Positions 17,315 through 30,164 of a DNA stretch of 64,000 nucleotides are shown piece by piece. The position numbers were made by a program, and so were the translations under genes. A model generated the notes under the pieces. The model searched no databases, was not told the DNA's origin, and was given only the letters and a program-made list of their open reading frames with translations. Source of the stretch: an uncultured Phycisphaerales bacterium (GTDB lineage: Bacteria; Planctomycetota; Phycisphaerae; Sedimentisphaerales; Anaerobacaceae); assembly GCA_963772725.1 (NCBI GenBank), contig CAVYYI010000001.1, positions 1,248,001-1,312,000 on the forward strand, given 5' to 3'. Each line of letters opens with the position of its first letter. Position 1 is the stretch's first letter.

Positions 17315-18657
17315 GAGTTTACAGGGCAACATACAGGGACAGGGGCGGACAAGTAAAACAATCCGCTAAGTGGTATATTGATATTTTCGACCATAACAGG
17401 CTAAGACACAAGATACCTGCTTTTGAAGATAAGCGTCTTTCAGAGGCTTTGGGACGCAATATTGAAAGTGTTATCAATTGCAGAGTTTCAGGACTTGAAC
17501 CCGATGCAAAATTGAATCAGTGGATAGAGACCCTGCCTGATAGCTTACTGAGAAAGCTTGTCTCGTGGGGCATAATGGACGGACAGCGGGCAGAAATCAC
17601 AAAGCCTTTAACGGAACATATCAAAGATTATGTAAAAACTCTTGAGGCCAACGGATTTTCTAAGGATTATTCTGTCCGAACCAAAAACAGGCTTAACAAT
17701 ATTGTTACCGATTGCAGATTTTATTATTTCAGAGATATTACACAGTCAGCGGTTGAGATTTATATCGGCACACTGAAAAAGAAATTCAACAATACAACAG
17801 CAGGACATTATCTTGATGCTATTAAAACTTTTCTGAATTGGGCTGTACAAGACCAGCGAATTATCAATAATTCTCTGGCAAGGGTTAAGAAACTGGCAAG
17901 AAATTCGGCGAAGAAAGGCATATTAACCCCTGAGCAGTTTATTCATTTAATCAAAACCACTTTTGAGAAGAATATCATTATCGGCAATACCACAGGACAC
18001 GAGCGGGCTGTTCTTTACCTTTTGGCGGGAACGACAGGGCTTAGACGCAATGAACTGCTTTGCCTTGTGTGGGGTGATATTAACCTTGCCGATAATCCCT
18101 CTGTTCGTGTCAGGGCTTGCATCGCCAAAAATGGCAAAGAAGCCTTGCAGCCGATACCTCTGATGGTGATTAACCTTTTAACGGCACTGAAAGCCCATAC
18201 AAAGCCGAATGATAACGATAGGGTCTTTGTCACCTTCGGGACGTGGATTAACACAGCAGGGCTTATAAGGGACGATTTAGCCGTAGCCAAAATAGAGTTA
18301 AAAGACAGGGACGGAAACGAAATATGTTTTCACAGCTTGCGCAACAGCTATATTTCTTTCCTTGCGAATAGCGCGACCCCAGCTAAGGTTATACAGAAAC
18401 TCGCTCAACATTCAGACCCCCGATTGACGTTCAACACCTATGCAAGAGTCTTTGAGGATGCCGAACAAAAGGCGATAAATGTTCTGCCGAATTTCGGGAA
18501 TTTTGTCTTGGACACCTGCTTGGACAAAACGTGTACAAAACATGGGATACTTAGAGATACCTTGAGAAAGCAAAACAGCGAAAACACGATTGAAACCGCA
18601 TTTCCGCTGCAATACAAAATAGCCCCAAGGGGATTCGAACCCCTGTTGCCGGGTTGA
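17311..18657 (+). CDS. Tyrosine recombinase/integrase
   Basis: TGLRRNE, AKNG, FHSLR, AQHSD...NTY catalytic motifs; reads through att into the antisense strand of the tRNA. Confidence 0.95.
   Translation: MRVYRATYRDRGGQVKQSAKWYIDIFDHNRLRHKIPAFEDKRLSEALGRNIESVINCRVSGLEPDAKLNQWIETLPDSLLRKLVSWGIMDGQRAEITKPLTEHIKDYVKTLEANGFSKDYSVRTKNRLNNIVTDCRFYYFRDITQSAVEIYIGTLKKKFNNTTAGHYLDAIKTFLNWAVQDQRIINNSLARVKKLARNSAKKGILTPEQFIHLIKTTFEKNIIIGNTTGHERAVLYLLAGTTGLRRNELLCLVWGDINLADNPSVRVRACIAKNGKEALQPIPLMVINLLTALKAHTKPNDNDRVFVTFGTWINTAGLIRDDLAVAKIELKDRDGNEICFHSLRNSYISFLANSATPAKVIQKLAQHSDPRLTFNTYARVFEDAEQKAINVLPNFGNFVLDTCLDKTCTKHGILRDTLRKQNSENTIETAFPLQYKIAPRGFEPLLPG
18504..18537 (+). promoter_or_regulatory. Putative integrase arm-type sites
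   Basis: CTTGGACA at 18507 and 18519, CGTGTACA at 18530. Confidence 0.65.
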
Positions 18658-18694
18658 AAACCCGGTGTCCTAGGCCAGCCTAGACGATGGGGCC
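18620..18694 (-). tRNA. tRNA-Glu (TTC)
   Basis: GGCCCCA...TGGGGCTA acceptor stem, CCGGG-TTTTCAA-CCCGG anticodon arm, GGTTCGAATCC T-loop; no encoded CCA. Confidence 0.97.
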
Positions 18695-18701
18695 GGTGTA
18701 A

Positions 18702-18875
18702 TTATTCCATGCTGATTGCCTGAACCGGACAGGTATCGACGCAAACACCGCAATCAATACAGGCGTTTGGGTCAACCTTTGCCTTGCCTTCAACCATGCT
18801 TATAGCCTCGCTGGGGCATTCCGGTACGCAGCTTTCGCAGCCGGTACATTTTTCCGTATCTATTTTAGCAGACAT
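18702..18875 (-). CDS. 2[4Fe-4S] ferredoxin, 57 aa (below the ORF-track cutoff)
   Basis: MSAKIDTEKCTGCESCVPECP...CIDCGVCVDTCPVQAISME. Confidence 0.93.
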   Translation of the reverse strand: MSAKIDTEKCTGCESCVPECPSEAISMVEGKAKVDPNACIDCGVCVDTCPVQAISME

Positions 18876-18999
18876 TTCAAAATCCTTTCTTATATTAACA
18901 ATTATTCAGAAAACACGGAATGTTACAAAATTATACAAATTTTACAACAAGATTCTTATGGAATTGAAACAAATTAATGCAAAACAGTCAATGATTTTC

Positions 19000-21453
19000 T
19001 TACTTAGGCTGGGAAATCGGTTTATTTGGCTCTTCAGAGGCGGTTTGCTTTGGCGGCTGCGGAGGCTGAGGTTTGACTGCGCCTAACGCGACAGCCATAT
19101 CTCTGACGAAAACGTTTGAATCATATTGGGCTGTCCAGTTCAGTACCTTCTGGAAGCTGGTATCAGGTTTTTGTGAGAGCAGATAAACGGCCATAAGGCG
19201 AACGGGCCAATGACTGTCGTTGAGGTTTTCTGCTACCGCACTTATCAAATCGTAATCCATCGGCAAATCGCAAAGAGCAGCGATAATCTGGGCTTTTGAA
19301 ATCCAGTCATCGCCTGTGAGATTCATTTTCAGCGAGGATTTTAATATTTTCGTCATCCGATCGGCGTACATGTATTTGTATTTCGGCTCACCTTTAGCCA
19401 TGATGTACTCTTCCTGTAACAGGCCAACGAAGAGTTTAGCTATCTCGAATTTCCTGCCGACGTTACCCCTTGCGAAAGAATCTACCCTGTTTTGAATAAA
19501 GGTGCCGCTGACTTCAACTGTGGAACGGTTTATTTCTAAAGTCCCGGCTTTTACATCAGTCAACCTGTTGACTATGTGTCCATTTGCATCAACAGCCGCA
19601 TCAATAAAAAGCGTGAATTTTATATTCAGATTTGCCTGTGGTGACTCGTTGAGCAGTTTTCGCAATTTTCCTTTAACCAATTGAACAGGTATAAGGAGAC
19701 TTTTGCCTGAGCCTATTGGCATAGCCGGCTGGACTTTCATTGATACGAGGTTTGGTATGTTCTCGCTTAAGTCTCCGCTGACCTCTGCGTCAATCCTGAT
19801 ATTGCCAATTAATAAACCGTCATCACAAATGACCATCTCGTCCGGAGATTTGTTTGTTATTATAATCGTGCTGTCAAACTCGCTGCCATAAGCGAATTTG
19901 GAACCAGCGATGTTTAAGAGTATGGAAAAAAGTTTTTCTGGTTGAGCGAAAACCGGAACAATCGTTTTGCCAAAGACGTTCTCCATGTTACTTAAAATCG
20001 GGTCAGCGGGAATAGGAGCTATATACTCACCGCCATTTTGTGCCAGAATTTTTTTTGCTTCTTCAACTTCGAGCGTTCCCGACGCTTTATCGATTGCCGA
20101 TTTCAGCGTCTCTACAGCCTTATCCTTTGAACCCTGGGCTAATAATATTTTGGCTTTCGCCAATTCCATAATCTGGTTACTCTCATAGTTTTCGGTCAAA
20201 GCTTTGGCAATATCCACCTGTCCATCGATGACAAGGGCATAAGCAAGCAGCGCAGCCGCCGCGGGTGAGTTAGGCTCAGCGGCGTATGCGGCGTTTGCAC
20301 AAACGACCGCCTGACCTGCATCGGGCATCGCGAAACAGAAGAACCAAGCAGCTTTTTGGGCGTCGATTATCCCCTGGGCAGTGGAAACATTCATGTTGCT
20401 GATTATCTGCTCGGCTTTTAATTTTGCGCTTTGTAAAATCTCATTGGCTTCCTGTGCCGCTCCGGTTTTCATTGCGGCATGTCCTGCGATTGCTTCAAGA
20501 ACCAGGGCGTATTGTCCGCGGCTGCGCACCTTTTTTGCAATCTGCAGACATTTATACTGGCTGCGTTTTGTATTGTAACTTGTTATACTCCATGGAAGAT
20601 ATATCGAAGCCGGCAGCGGCATGTCAGGCTGAAGATAACCGAATAAATCGGCACAATATTCATAAGCCTGAGCCGACATATCATAAAGCTGGAGGAGTTC
20701 CGCTTCTTTTGCAAACGCCATCGCAGCATCGAGATTGAGAGGATTTTTCGCAAGCATCCGCCTGAAATGTTCCAGCCTCATTGCAGGTGATATTTGTGTC
20801 GGGAAGAGTTCGGAAAGCTTCACAAAAGCAAGTTCATTATACTTATTACTGTTGTACGCTCGCATCATATAAGACACCGCGCTTTGAAAATCGGTTTTTT
20901 CAATCATTAAAATACCAAGCAGAGTTGCAAGTTGAGAACCTACAGTTTGATTTTTGCTGCCGATAGTTTGTAACAATTCGGTAAGAAGCTGCTCTCGCTG
21001 CTCGCGTGAATTCAACTGGTCAAGCAGATAGTTAACAGCCTGATTAACTATTTCCATATCCGCGGAATCATTTACATATTCAGCAAGCAGTTGCCTGACT
21101 AACTGCGAACGATTCTGCCCTGAATCGCGGCAGGCGAGTTTAATCATTTCAGGCAGAACGTAAACTGCCCTGCCATCGAGCGACAGTGCCGCCTTGAGAA
21201 AAATGAGAGCCTGTTCGTTTTGAGGTCCGGTAATATTACCGGGATAGGATAATTCACAGGCAATGTCATAATATGTCTTGGCAACCGATGGGGAGAGCAA
21301 TTCTTCCGAGTTCGAAGCAGCCTTTGCCGCTGGTGGAAAAAACAAAAGGATAGCTGTGCACGTTATAAGTGCATAATATAAAATCACTTGCGCACTCTTA
21401 CATGCGGGCGCAATGATTCTATCACATCCGGGTGCACTTATGTTTTTGCGCAT
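19000..21453 (-). CDS. Large exported TPR/HEAT-like helical repeat protein
   Basis: Signal-like N-terminus, Ala/Leu helical repeats, C-terminal LNDSHWPVRLMAV HEAT-like motif. Confidence 0.6.
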   Translation of the reverse strand: MRKNISAPGCDRIIAPACKSAQVILYYALITCTAILLFFPPAAKAASNSEELLSPSVAKTYYDIACELSYPGNITGPQNEQALIFLKAALSLDGRAVYVLPEMIKLACRDSGQNRSQLVRQLLAEYVNDSADMEIVNQAVNYLLDQLNSREQREQLLTELLQTIGSKNQTVGSQLATLLGILMIEKTDFQSAVSYMMRAYNSNKYNELAFVKLSELFPTQISPAMRLEHFRRMLAKNPLNLDAAMAFAKEAELLQLYDMSAQAYEYCADLFGYLQPDMPLPASIYLPWSITSYNTKRSQYKCLQIAKKVRSRGQYALVLEAIAGHAAMKTGAAQEANEILQSAKLKAEQIISNMNVSTAQGIIDAQKAAWFFCFAMPDAGQAVVCANAAYAAEPNSPAAAALLAYALVIDGQVDIAKALTENYESNQIMELAKAKILLAQGSKDKAVETLKSAIDKASGTLEVEEAKKILAQNGGEYIAPIPADPILSNMENVFGKTIVPVFAQPEKLFSILLNIAGSKFAYGSEFDSTIIITNKSPDEMVICDDGLLIGNIRIDAEVSGDLSENIPNLVSMKVQPAMPIGSGKSLLIPVQLVKGKLRKLLNESPQANLNIKFTLFIDAAVDANGHIVNRLTDVKAGTLEINRSTVEVSGTFIQNRVDSFARGNVGRKFEIAKLFVGLLQEEYIMAKGEPKYKYMYADRMTKILKSSLKMNLTGDDWISKAQIIAALCDLPMDYDLISAVAENLNDSHWPVRLMAVYLLSQKPDTSFQKVLNWTAQYDSNVFVRDMAVALGAVKPQPPQPPKQTASEEPNKPISQPK

Positions 21454-21589
21454 TTATTTCTCCAATAATTTTCCGAACAACAATCCTTACAACTTTATTT
21501 CGGGTAATTTCAATGTCCGCTTAACCTGCTGAGGTGAAAAAAGAGAGGCTTAACTTCTGTGTTTTGCGATAGTTAAATATTCCGGCACA

Positions 21590-22378
21590 TCAGCGTCGGA
21601 TTATCTCAGGCTCGGCAAAATCTTTGGGAATTTCAAACTCAAAAATCTTATCGTTTAGCTTTTCATTGACCTTCGTTTTAAGCAGCCGTATTTCATATAT
21701 GTCGTTATCTGGTGAGACAGCGACTATTTTTATCGGCAAATTCTGTTTTTTATCTATCCAGAAATCAATAGCAGAATAATTGTCCTTATAAATTGATTGC
21801 GGTTTTGTGTACAAATGCAGTTGAACACAGCCTTCCATTTTAGTTTTCGCTTCGTCTATCAGCGTTATTTCAAACTGATTTTTTAACTCTTTGGTTTTGG
21901 TAAAACCTATAAGCGGAAAATTACGGCTGACCATCTCAAAAACATCCACAGGCTTATTAGGTTCGTTCGCGTCGCTCTGCTGATACAGTTTAACCTCTTT
22001 TGTCCCGTAGTCTATTTGTGTAAGCCAGAGGCCGTCAAAGATGTATTGCTCCATTTCTTTTCGTTCTTTTTCCTGGTCCTGTTTTATGGTCTGAAAATTT
22101 ACTCTAAGCCTGGTATTCTTGCCGGTTTTTTGATAATACAGAATTCCCTTTCGAAGTATTTTCGAGTCAAGCAAGGGCTGGCTGAACAGATATTCGATGT
22201 CCGCCTGATATGACCGCAGCGTCTGAGTTCTATCGTTAAGCTGACCTAAGATTTTTTCGACCTCTTCTGTGTCCTGCTTTTCCTGCTCCTGTGCTGCGGA
22301 AGTAACCGAGCAGCCTTGTCCATAAGACAAAACTGAAAAGAGAAAAAGAATAATCAGTGTTTTCGAGATTGTCTTCAT
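21590..22378 (-). CDS. LolA-like periplasmic carrier protein
   Basis: Signal peptide, YIFDGLWL, IDFWIDKKQNLP, DKIFEFEIP. Confidence 0.65.
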   Translation of the reverse strand: MKTISKTLIILFLFSVLSYGQGCSVTSAAQEQEKQDTEEVEKILGQLNDRTQTLRSYQADIEYLFSQPLLDSKILRKGILYYQKTGKNTRLRVNFQTIKQDQEKERKEMEQYIFDGLWLTQIDYGTKEVKLYQQSDANEPNKPVDVFEMVSRNFPLIGFTKTKELKNQFEITLIDEAKTKMEGCVQLHLYTKPQSIYKDNYSAIDFWIDKKQNLPIKIVAVSPDNDIYEIRLLKTKVNEKLNDKIFEFEIPKDFAEPEIIRR

Positions 22379-22399
22379 AAAATATCATTCCCATTTCTT

Positions 22400-22466
22400 T
22401 TGTCATTTCCGCGAAAGCGGGAATCCACTTTTCTAAAATGGATACCTGCTTTCGCAGGTATGACAA
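22400..22466. repeat. REP-like palindromic element
   Basis: TGTCATTTCCGCGAAAGCGGGAATCCA ... TGGATACCTGCTTTCGCAGGTATGACA inverted pair. Confidence 0.8.
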
Positions 22467-22492
22467 GGCGTAACATGTCAGTTTGGTTAAAA

Positions 22493-23367
22493 TTAAAAAA
22501 CAATTGCGGCGTAACCGACACTGTCCGAGCTTTTTCTATGCAGTTTTTTTATCATTACCTCATTACTGTTCGTATGGGCAAGCAAAAGACCTTTGGTTTT
22601 ATTGAGTTCCCTGACCGCTGAAACGATTGCGCTGCCGCGCCGGAACCGCAGGCGTTAAGATTTTCCGCTGCGCTAACGAGCATCTGCTCGGCGTCGAGTT
22701 TAATCACAAGGTCAATAAACTGTTGGTCGTTCACCTCCGTGGCCCATTTAACAGCTTCGGGGCCGATTCCCATAACTTCAAAACCATATTGGGGCCCGTA
22801 ATGAGTCAAATCTGTTGAGCCGATACAGATAATCTTTTTCTGTTTTTCGCCGCGTATTATCCTTCCGACGCTTTTTCCCAACGCCAGAGACAGGTTGTTT
22901 GGCGGCACAACAATAGGCAGTATTTTGGCCCCGGGGAAAAGGTGCTGAATGAATGGAACCTGCACCTCGATGCTGTGCTCGTGATGGTGGGCTTCCTCGT
23001 TTGGTATGGCGTCCTCGGTTTTTAACACCACATCGGCAAGGTCTTCATCAATGGCAATATCACCGAGAGGCGTGTTCCAGAGCCCCCTGCTGTAAACTGC
23101 CGGCGTTTTGCCGAAATAACTGTGAGCAGCCCCGAATATAACAAAACAGTGAACCTTTTCATGACGATGCCTGATTGCTGAAAAGGCAGCGGCGGCGACT
23201 TTACCACTAAAAAGCCAGCCGGCGTGAGGAACGATTGCGCCTGCTATCGTATCCGGCAGCAATTCGCTGACACCGACTTCTTCGAGGTATTCATTTATCT
23301 CATCAATACAATCATTATGCTGAGCAGGGTAAAACTGACCCGCGACAACTGGTTTTCTCGTTTGCAT
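22493..23367 (-). CDS. amrB: AmmeMemoRadiSam system protein B (MEMO1 family); frameshift near the C-terminus
   Basis: RKPVVAGQFYP, VPHAGW, EHSIEVQVPF, STDLTHYG; shifted frame ends DSVGYAAIVF. Confidence 0.9.
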
Positions 23368-23467
23368 TTTTCCCCACCTGTCCCTTGTTTTAACTTCAAT
23401 TTCCTGTTATTATATAAAACTCTGTTAAAGGATAAATATATTGTAACTCAATTGTGGGAAAAATCAA

Positions 23468-23971
23468 ATGGTATCTGAAAAGAAAAGTCCGGTAGCGGTG
23501 GTAATGGGTTCCGACAGCGATTTGACGATTATGCAGAGCTGTATCGAACAATTGGGCGATTTCGGAATTAAGCCCATAGTTCGGATAATTTCAGCACATA
23601 GAACACCCCAGATAGCTGCCGAATTCGCCGATAATGCCGCATCCAGCGGGATAAAAGTAATAATCGCCGCCGCCGGAATGGCCGCCCACCTTGCGGGTTC
23701 AATAGCAGGCAGAACCACCCTTCCCGTAATCGGTGTGCCGATGGCCGCCAAGGAAGGTATGGCTGGACTCGACGCCCTGCTCAGCACCGTCCAGATGCCA
23801 CCGGGAGTACCGGTTGCGACAGTCGCTATTGGAAAAGCGGGCGCAAAAAATGCCGCCGTACTTGCCGTTCAGATATTGGCTTTGGCCGATGAAAATCTTG
23901 CCGCAAAGTTAGTAGCTTTCAAGAAAAACCAGGAAAAACAGGTAATCGAAAAAGACTCTGCCCTGCAATAA
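23468..23971 (+). CDS. purE: N5-CAIR mutase
   Basis: MGSDSD, SAHRTP, AGMAAHL, VQMPPGVPVATV. Confidence 0.97.
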   Translation: MVSEKKSPVAVVMGSDSDLTIMQSCIEQLGDFGIKPIVRIISAHRTPQIAAEFADNAASSGIKVIIAAAGMAAHLAGSIAGRTTLPVIGVPMAAKEGMAGLDALLSTVQMPPGVPVATVAIGKAGAKNAAVLAVQILALADENLAAKLVAFKKNQEKQVIEKDSALQ

Positions 23972-23973
23972 CA

Positions 23974-25044
23974 ATGAATATCGCAGTTGAAACAATTTTA
24001 ATACGCTGTCCGAACTGGGTTGGCGATATAGTTATGGCCGCTCCAGTCTTCGATTGTATCAGGGAAAATTTTCCGCATGCCCGGATAACCGGTATTCTCA
24101 GCAAAAATGCCCAGGGCATAGTAAGAGACGGCCCCTGGTTTGATGATTTTATTGATTGTGAAGATAAAACACTTGCCGGAATGCGGCGAATGGTAAAAAA
24201 AATCCGAGCATTAAAGCCAGATATGGCGATTTTGCTGACTAATTCGATTCGATCCATTTTGCCTGTATGGCTGGGAAGGAGCGAAACATATATACGGTTA
24301 TCGCAGAAGTTTACGGGGGATGCTCCTTGAGCGGCGGGCCTAAGCCGCTTCGCCGCGGTTTTAAAATAACTCCTGTTCCTATGCAGGAATATTATTTAGA
24401 GATATGCCGATGGCTTGATTTGAAACTGCCGGCGGTAATAAAGCCGCGACTTTTTATCGGCGATGACTTACAAAAACACGGAGACGAAATTTTGCGAAAA
24501 TACGGTATTGAGCCGCATGATAAAATCATCGGCTCTCAATCCCGGCGCGAGTTTTGGTTCGTCAAAATGCTGGCCTGCTGAACATTTCGCCAAAACCGCT
24601 GAATTATTTACGCAAAAAAAAGGGGTTAAGATTTTACTATTGACCGGCCCCGGGGAAGATAAAATCGCAAAGGAGATTTTAGCGAAAACAAAAGCATCAA
24701 TCATCGATACCGCCTCTGACCACATCGACCTTGAAATGTTAAAACCATTGGTCAAACGATGCAATCTTCTGATTACCAACGATACCGGCCCGCGGCATTA
24801 CGCGGTAGCTTTTGACGTTCCGGTGGTGGTGATAATGGGACCGACAGACCCGCGATACACTTCAGTAAATCTGGATAAGAGTATTGTGATTCGAGCGGAT
24901 GCGGACTGTTCGCCCTGTCATAAAAAGATTTGCCCCACCGACCACCGCTGCATGAGGCAGATTACTCCCCAGATGGTTTTTGAGGCAGGGGAAAATTTAT
25001 TGAATGAACAGGAGCAATATGAAACCATCTCACTATCGAAATAA
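23974..25044 (+). CDS. waaF: LPS heptosyltransferase II (GT9), frameshifted
   Basis: PNWVGDIVMA, LNPGASFGSSKCWP, TNDTGPRH, CSPC..CP..HRCM. Confidence 0.85.
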
Positions 25045-26570
25045 GTGGATTGCCCTGTCAAAAACCGCTGTTGACAAGAATGCGTTATCTCAATTGGCAA
25101 AGCAAACGCCAATTCTTTTATGGACCATTATTATCGAGACGGCCATTATGATAAAGACTATATCGATTTGATTGTGTGAGATGGCGACTTTTTTCCCGGA
25201 TAAGGAATTAAGCAGCGTTGTTTCGTCAGCTTTTTTCAGCGTTATTATCGAAGAATTATGCGATGATTATGAAGACTTTCAGTTTGAGGCTTACAATCGG
25301 GTAATGTCGCAGGTGATTTCGTATTGCCGCAAAGTCCCTGCAGGAAAAATACTTGACCAGTATCTCAATAGATTTAATCTTTCCTCCGCGGAAGATATTT
25401 TCAAACGTGCCGGCCGTATTCATACCCAAGACTATCATTTCGATGCTGAAGCAAAAGCCGTAAAACGAATATTTCTGTTGTCGCGCATAACTATCGGCGC
25501 AGATGTTGCTATTGTCAGCGTGATGATACAGCGTTTATCGCGATGTTTCCGAATGCCGAAATCATTATACTCGGCAGTCTTAAACTTAAAGAAATATTCG
25601 GCGGAAATCCTCGCCTCCAGGATAAAAGAGGTTGCTTATTCTCGCGGCGGCGGCCTGCTTGAGCGACTCGAGTCCTGGTGCAGCATTATGGATATCTTTG
25701 AAGAAGAACCAGCAGCAAATGGTGCTGAATCGGTTTTGTTAATCGACCCGGATTCCCGCATCACACAATTGGGCATTCTCCCGGTAATTGAGCGAAAAGA
25801 ACTATCTGTACTTCAACAGCCATAAGGATTTGTCTTGTCCGCCAAAAACGCCTGCATGGCTGAACATCGCCAACGCGTGGATGGATAAGGTATTCGGCAG
25901 GTCAAATTTTTGCTACCCACATGGTTTGGCTTGAAACGAAACTGCTGAACCAGACTAAGAAAATAACAAATTCACTGCTGCAAAGCGGCAGTAAAAAAAT
26001 TACCGCTGTTAATTTCGGCGTGGGAGGAAATCCTCGGAAACGACTCGGCCTTACTTTTGAGAAAAAACTGATATGCGAACTTCTGAAACATCCCAACAGT
26101 GTTGTTATTCTCGATAAAGGTTTCGGGGCGGAGGAATTGATGAATTCACAGGAAATCATCAAGGAAGCAACAAACAAAGGGTATGCCGTCCAGCATGTCG
26201 AATTAAACCGGGGCATAACTGATAATTTTTCACACGGCCTTTTGACTGTTGAAGGCAATATCGGAGAAATCGCGGCGATGATAGGCGGCAGCGATGAGTT
26301 TATCGGGTATGATTCCGCCTGTCAGCATATTGCGGCGGCGATCGGCGTGTCCCTGCCATAACATTATTTACCGGTTCAAATAATCCGCGATTTATCCGGA
26401 GATGGAGCGCCTGCGGAAATACTTCATGCAAGGTCGTTCACGTCGACACATTTGGCCATCCTGATGATATTAACTTGATGAGATTATAAACCGTATGATG
26501 GAGGAACGTCAGTCAAACCGAAAGCCGATTCCGAAAAAATATAGCGTAAAAATTCTCGCAGAGATGTAAA
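25019..26570 (+). CDS. GT9-related glycosyltransferase, several frameshifts, boundaries approximate
   Basis: LSRITIGADVA and FIGYDSACQHIAAA pieces. Confidence 0.55.
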
Positions 26571-26610
26571 GATAGTTAAAGACGAATTTTAACCAGAAAC
26601 TGCACATAAT

Positions 26611-28131
26611 ATGAAAATATTTTTTATATATCCTAATTCAGGTTCGCAGATTGGTTTTAATTACGGCGTATCCCATATCGCCGCGGTTCTGGCAAAAGCC
26701 GGACATAAAGTCGTTTTCTGGCAGCTTTGCGAAGAATGGCTCCCCTGCCTTCCAAAGAGGTATTTATAAGCAGAATAAAAAAAGAATCGCCTGACCTGCT
26801 TGCCTTTTCCGTTGTTACAAATCAGTGGGCTTATACTGAAAAACTTGCCGCGTGGGCAAAAGAATCACTATCTATTCCGATCGTTTGCGGCGGTGTGCAT
26901 GCATTGGTCAGCGGCCAGGAAATTTTAGAGACCGGCCTGTTCGATTACATTTTCCGCGGTGAAAGCGAAAATGCCTTTCTTGAATTCGTTGAAAGACTTA
27001 GCCGCGGCGAATCTGTGGATGATGTCAGCAATCTCGGCTTTGCCAAAAATGGAAAGATAAAAATCAATCCCGTCGGCCCACTGCCTGATTTGGAGCGTCT
27101 GCCGTTTCAAAGATTACGCGATAATGGACTTTCAGAAACTGATTGATGCCAAAAAGGGATGGGTGGGGCTGATGGCGTCAAGGGGATGTCCGTTTTCCTG
27201 CACCTATTGTTTCAATCATAAGATGGTTGCGTCATACAGGCATGACCTTAAATGCACATTTAAAGAGCTTAACTATATAAGGCGTTTTCGGGTCGACCAG
27301 ATAATCGACGAGATAAAATTTCTGCTGAAGAATTATCAGCCGCATCAATACATTCATTTTCGATGATGACATATTTACCTTTGACAAGGCGTATATAAAA
27401 GAATTTTGCCAAGACTATAAAGAGATGTGCGATATTCCCTTTGTGGTCAATGCTCATTTTAAATTTTTCGATGAAGAGCTCGCCGCTGATTTGAAATCCG
27501 CCAACTGCAAAGTGGTAAAATTCGGAGTGGAGTCCGGAAGCGAGAAAATTCGCAAGTCTATCTTAAATCGCCACATGACAAATGACGATATTATTCGGGC
27601 TATACGGATTGTTAATGAGGCCGGCATGCACAGTTCCGTCTTTGTCATTATAGGCTTTCCTCATGAAAACAGAGAAGATGTATTCGAGACTATCCGTCTG
27701 CTGGGTCAGGCCATGCCCGGGCGGTTCCGCTGGACTTTCTTTTTCCCGTACCCGGGAACAAAAGCCCATGAAATCAGCCTCGAAAGGCGGATTTATTGAT
27801 GCCGAAAAAATGAATTCTCTTAAGAATTTTACGGATGAGTCCTGCCTGGAATTCGGGGCGCAGCACAACTTCCTCTTAAAAAAAATCGGGCGTATTATGC
27901 CCTGGTTTGTTAATGCTTATTCCAACCTGCCGGTCGCTGATTTTTATCGTCAAAAAATAGATGAGATTTTGAAAATGGACGAAGACCAATGGAACCGGAT
28001 TTCTCCCACGCTTATAGAAGAGGATAAAAAACTTTCGCAAAGAATTTTCAGAGAATGGTTTGTCGCATTACGCAATAAAATACAATCCATTTATGGGTGT
28101 TATTTCCGATTATTTTTTAAATGAGAAATAG
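26611..28131 (+). CDS. B12-binding radical SAM protein, frameshifted
   Basis: CGGVHA, ASRGCPFSCTYC, FGVESGS, IIGFP. Confidence 0.85.
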
Positions 28132-28154
28132 TCAATTACTCATTTCTTAACGGT

Positions 28155-28448
28155 TTAAATGTCGTAATTTTTTTCGGAGTGAATACGGACATTTTCCCTG
28201 TAGTTATCCGGCGCCTTATCCTGTTCCAGTTTTTCCATTTTACGCTGCATCCAGAACATTTTGATTGCTGTGCCGATACAGCCGATACCTACTATGCAGA
28301 ATAATATCGAAAAGAGCATCGCGAAAAGCTCCCGCAGCACCCAGACGAGAAATCCAAAACCTATCAACAGCATCCCGATAATAAAAATTACCGCCGCAAA
28401 ATTCCTTGACGCTCTCGAGAGCGCATTATTATAAAAGCGGAATATCAT
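28155..28448 (-). CDS. Small two-TM membrane protein
   Basis: Two hydrophobic helices, plausible RBS. Confidence 0.55.
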   Translation of the reverse strand: MIFRFYNNALSRASRNFAAVIFIIGMLLIGFGFLVWVLRELFAMLFSILFCIVGIGCIGTAIKMFWMQRKMEKLEQDKAPDNYRENVRIHSEKNYDI

Positions 28449-28468
28449 TTTATTTATCCTTACCTGAC

Positions 28469-28499
28469 AAAAAAAGCGGGCTTCACAAGGAAGCCCGCT
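28469..28499 (-). terminator. Rho-independent terminator after groEL
   Basis: GCGGGCTTC-CTTGT-GAAGCCCGC followed by T7. Confidence 0.85.
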
Positions 28500-28515
28500 A
28501 AGTTTATCGTCACTT

Positions 28516-30164
<1,649 letters not shown>

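Larger units (their letters stand above)
11939..18644 (+). mobile_element. 6.7-kb integrative, satellite-like element in the 3' end of tRNA-Glu
   Basis: 28-bp direct repeat AAATAGCCCCAAGGGGATTCGAACCCCT at both ends; tyrosine integrase, Xis/AlpA-like, rep-like and TerS-like genes. Confidence 0.92.
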
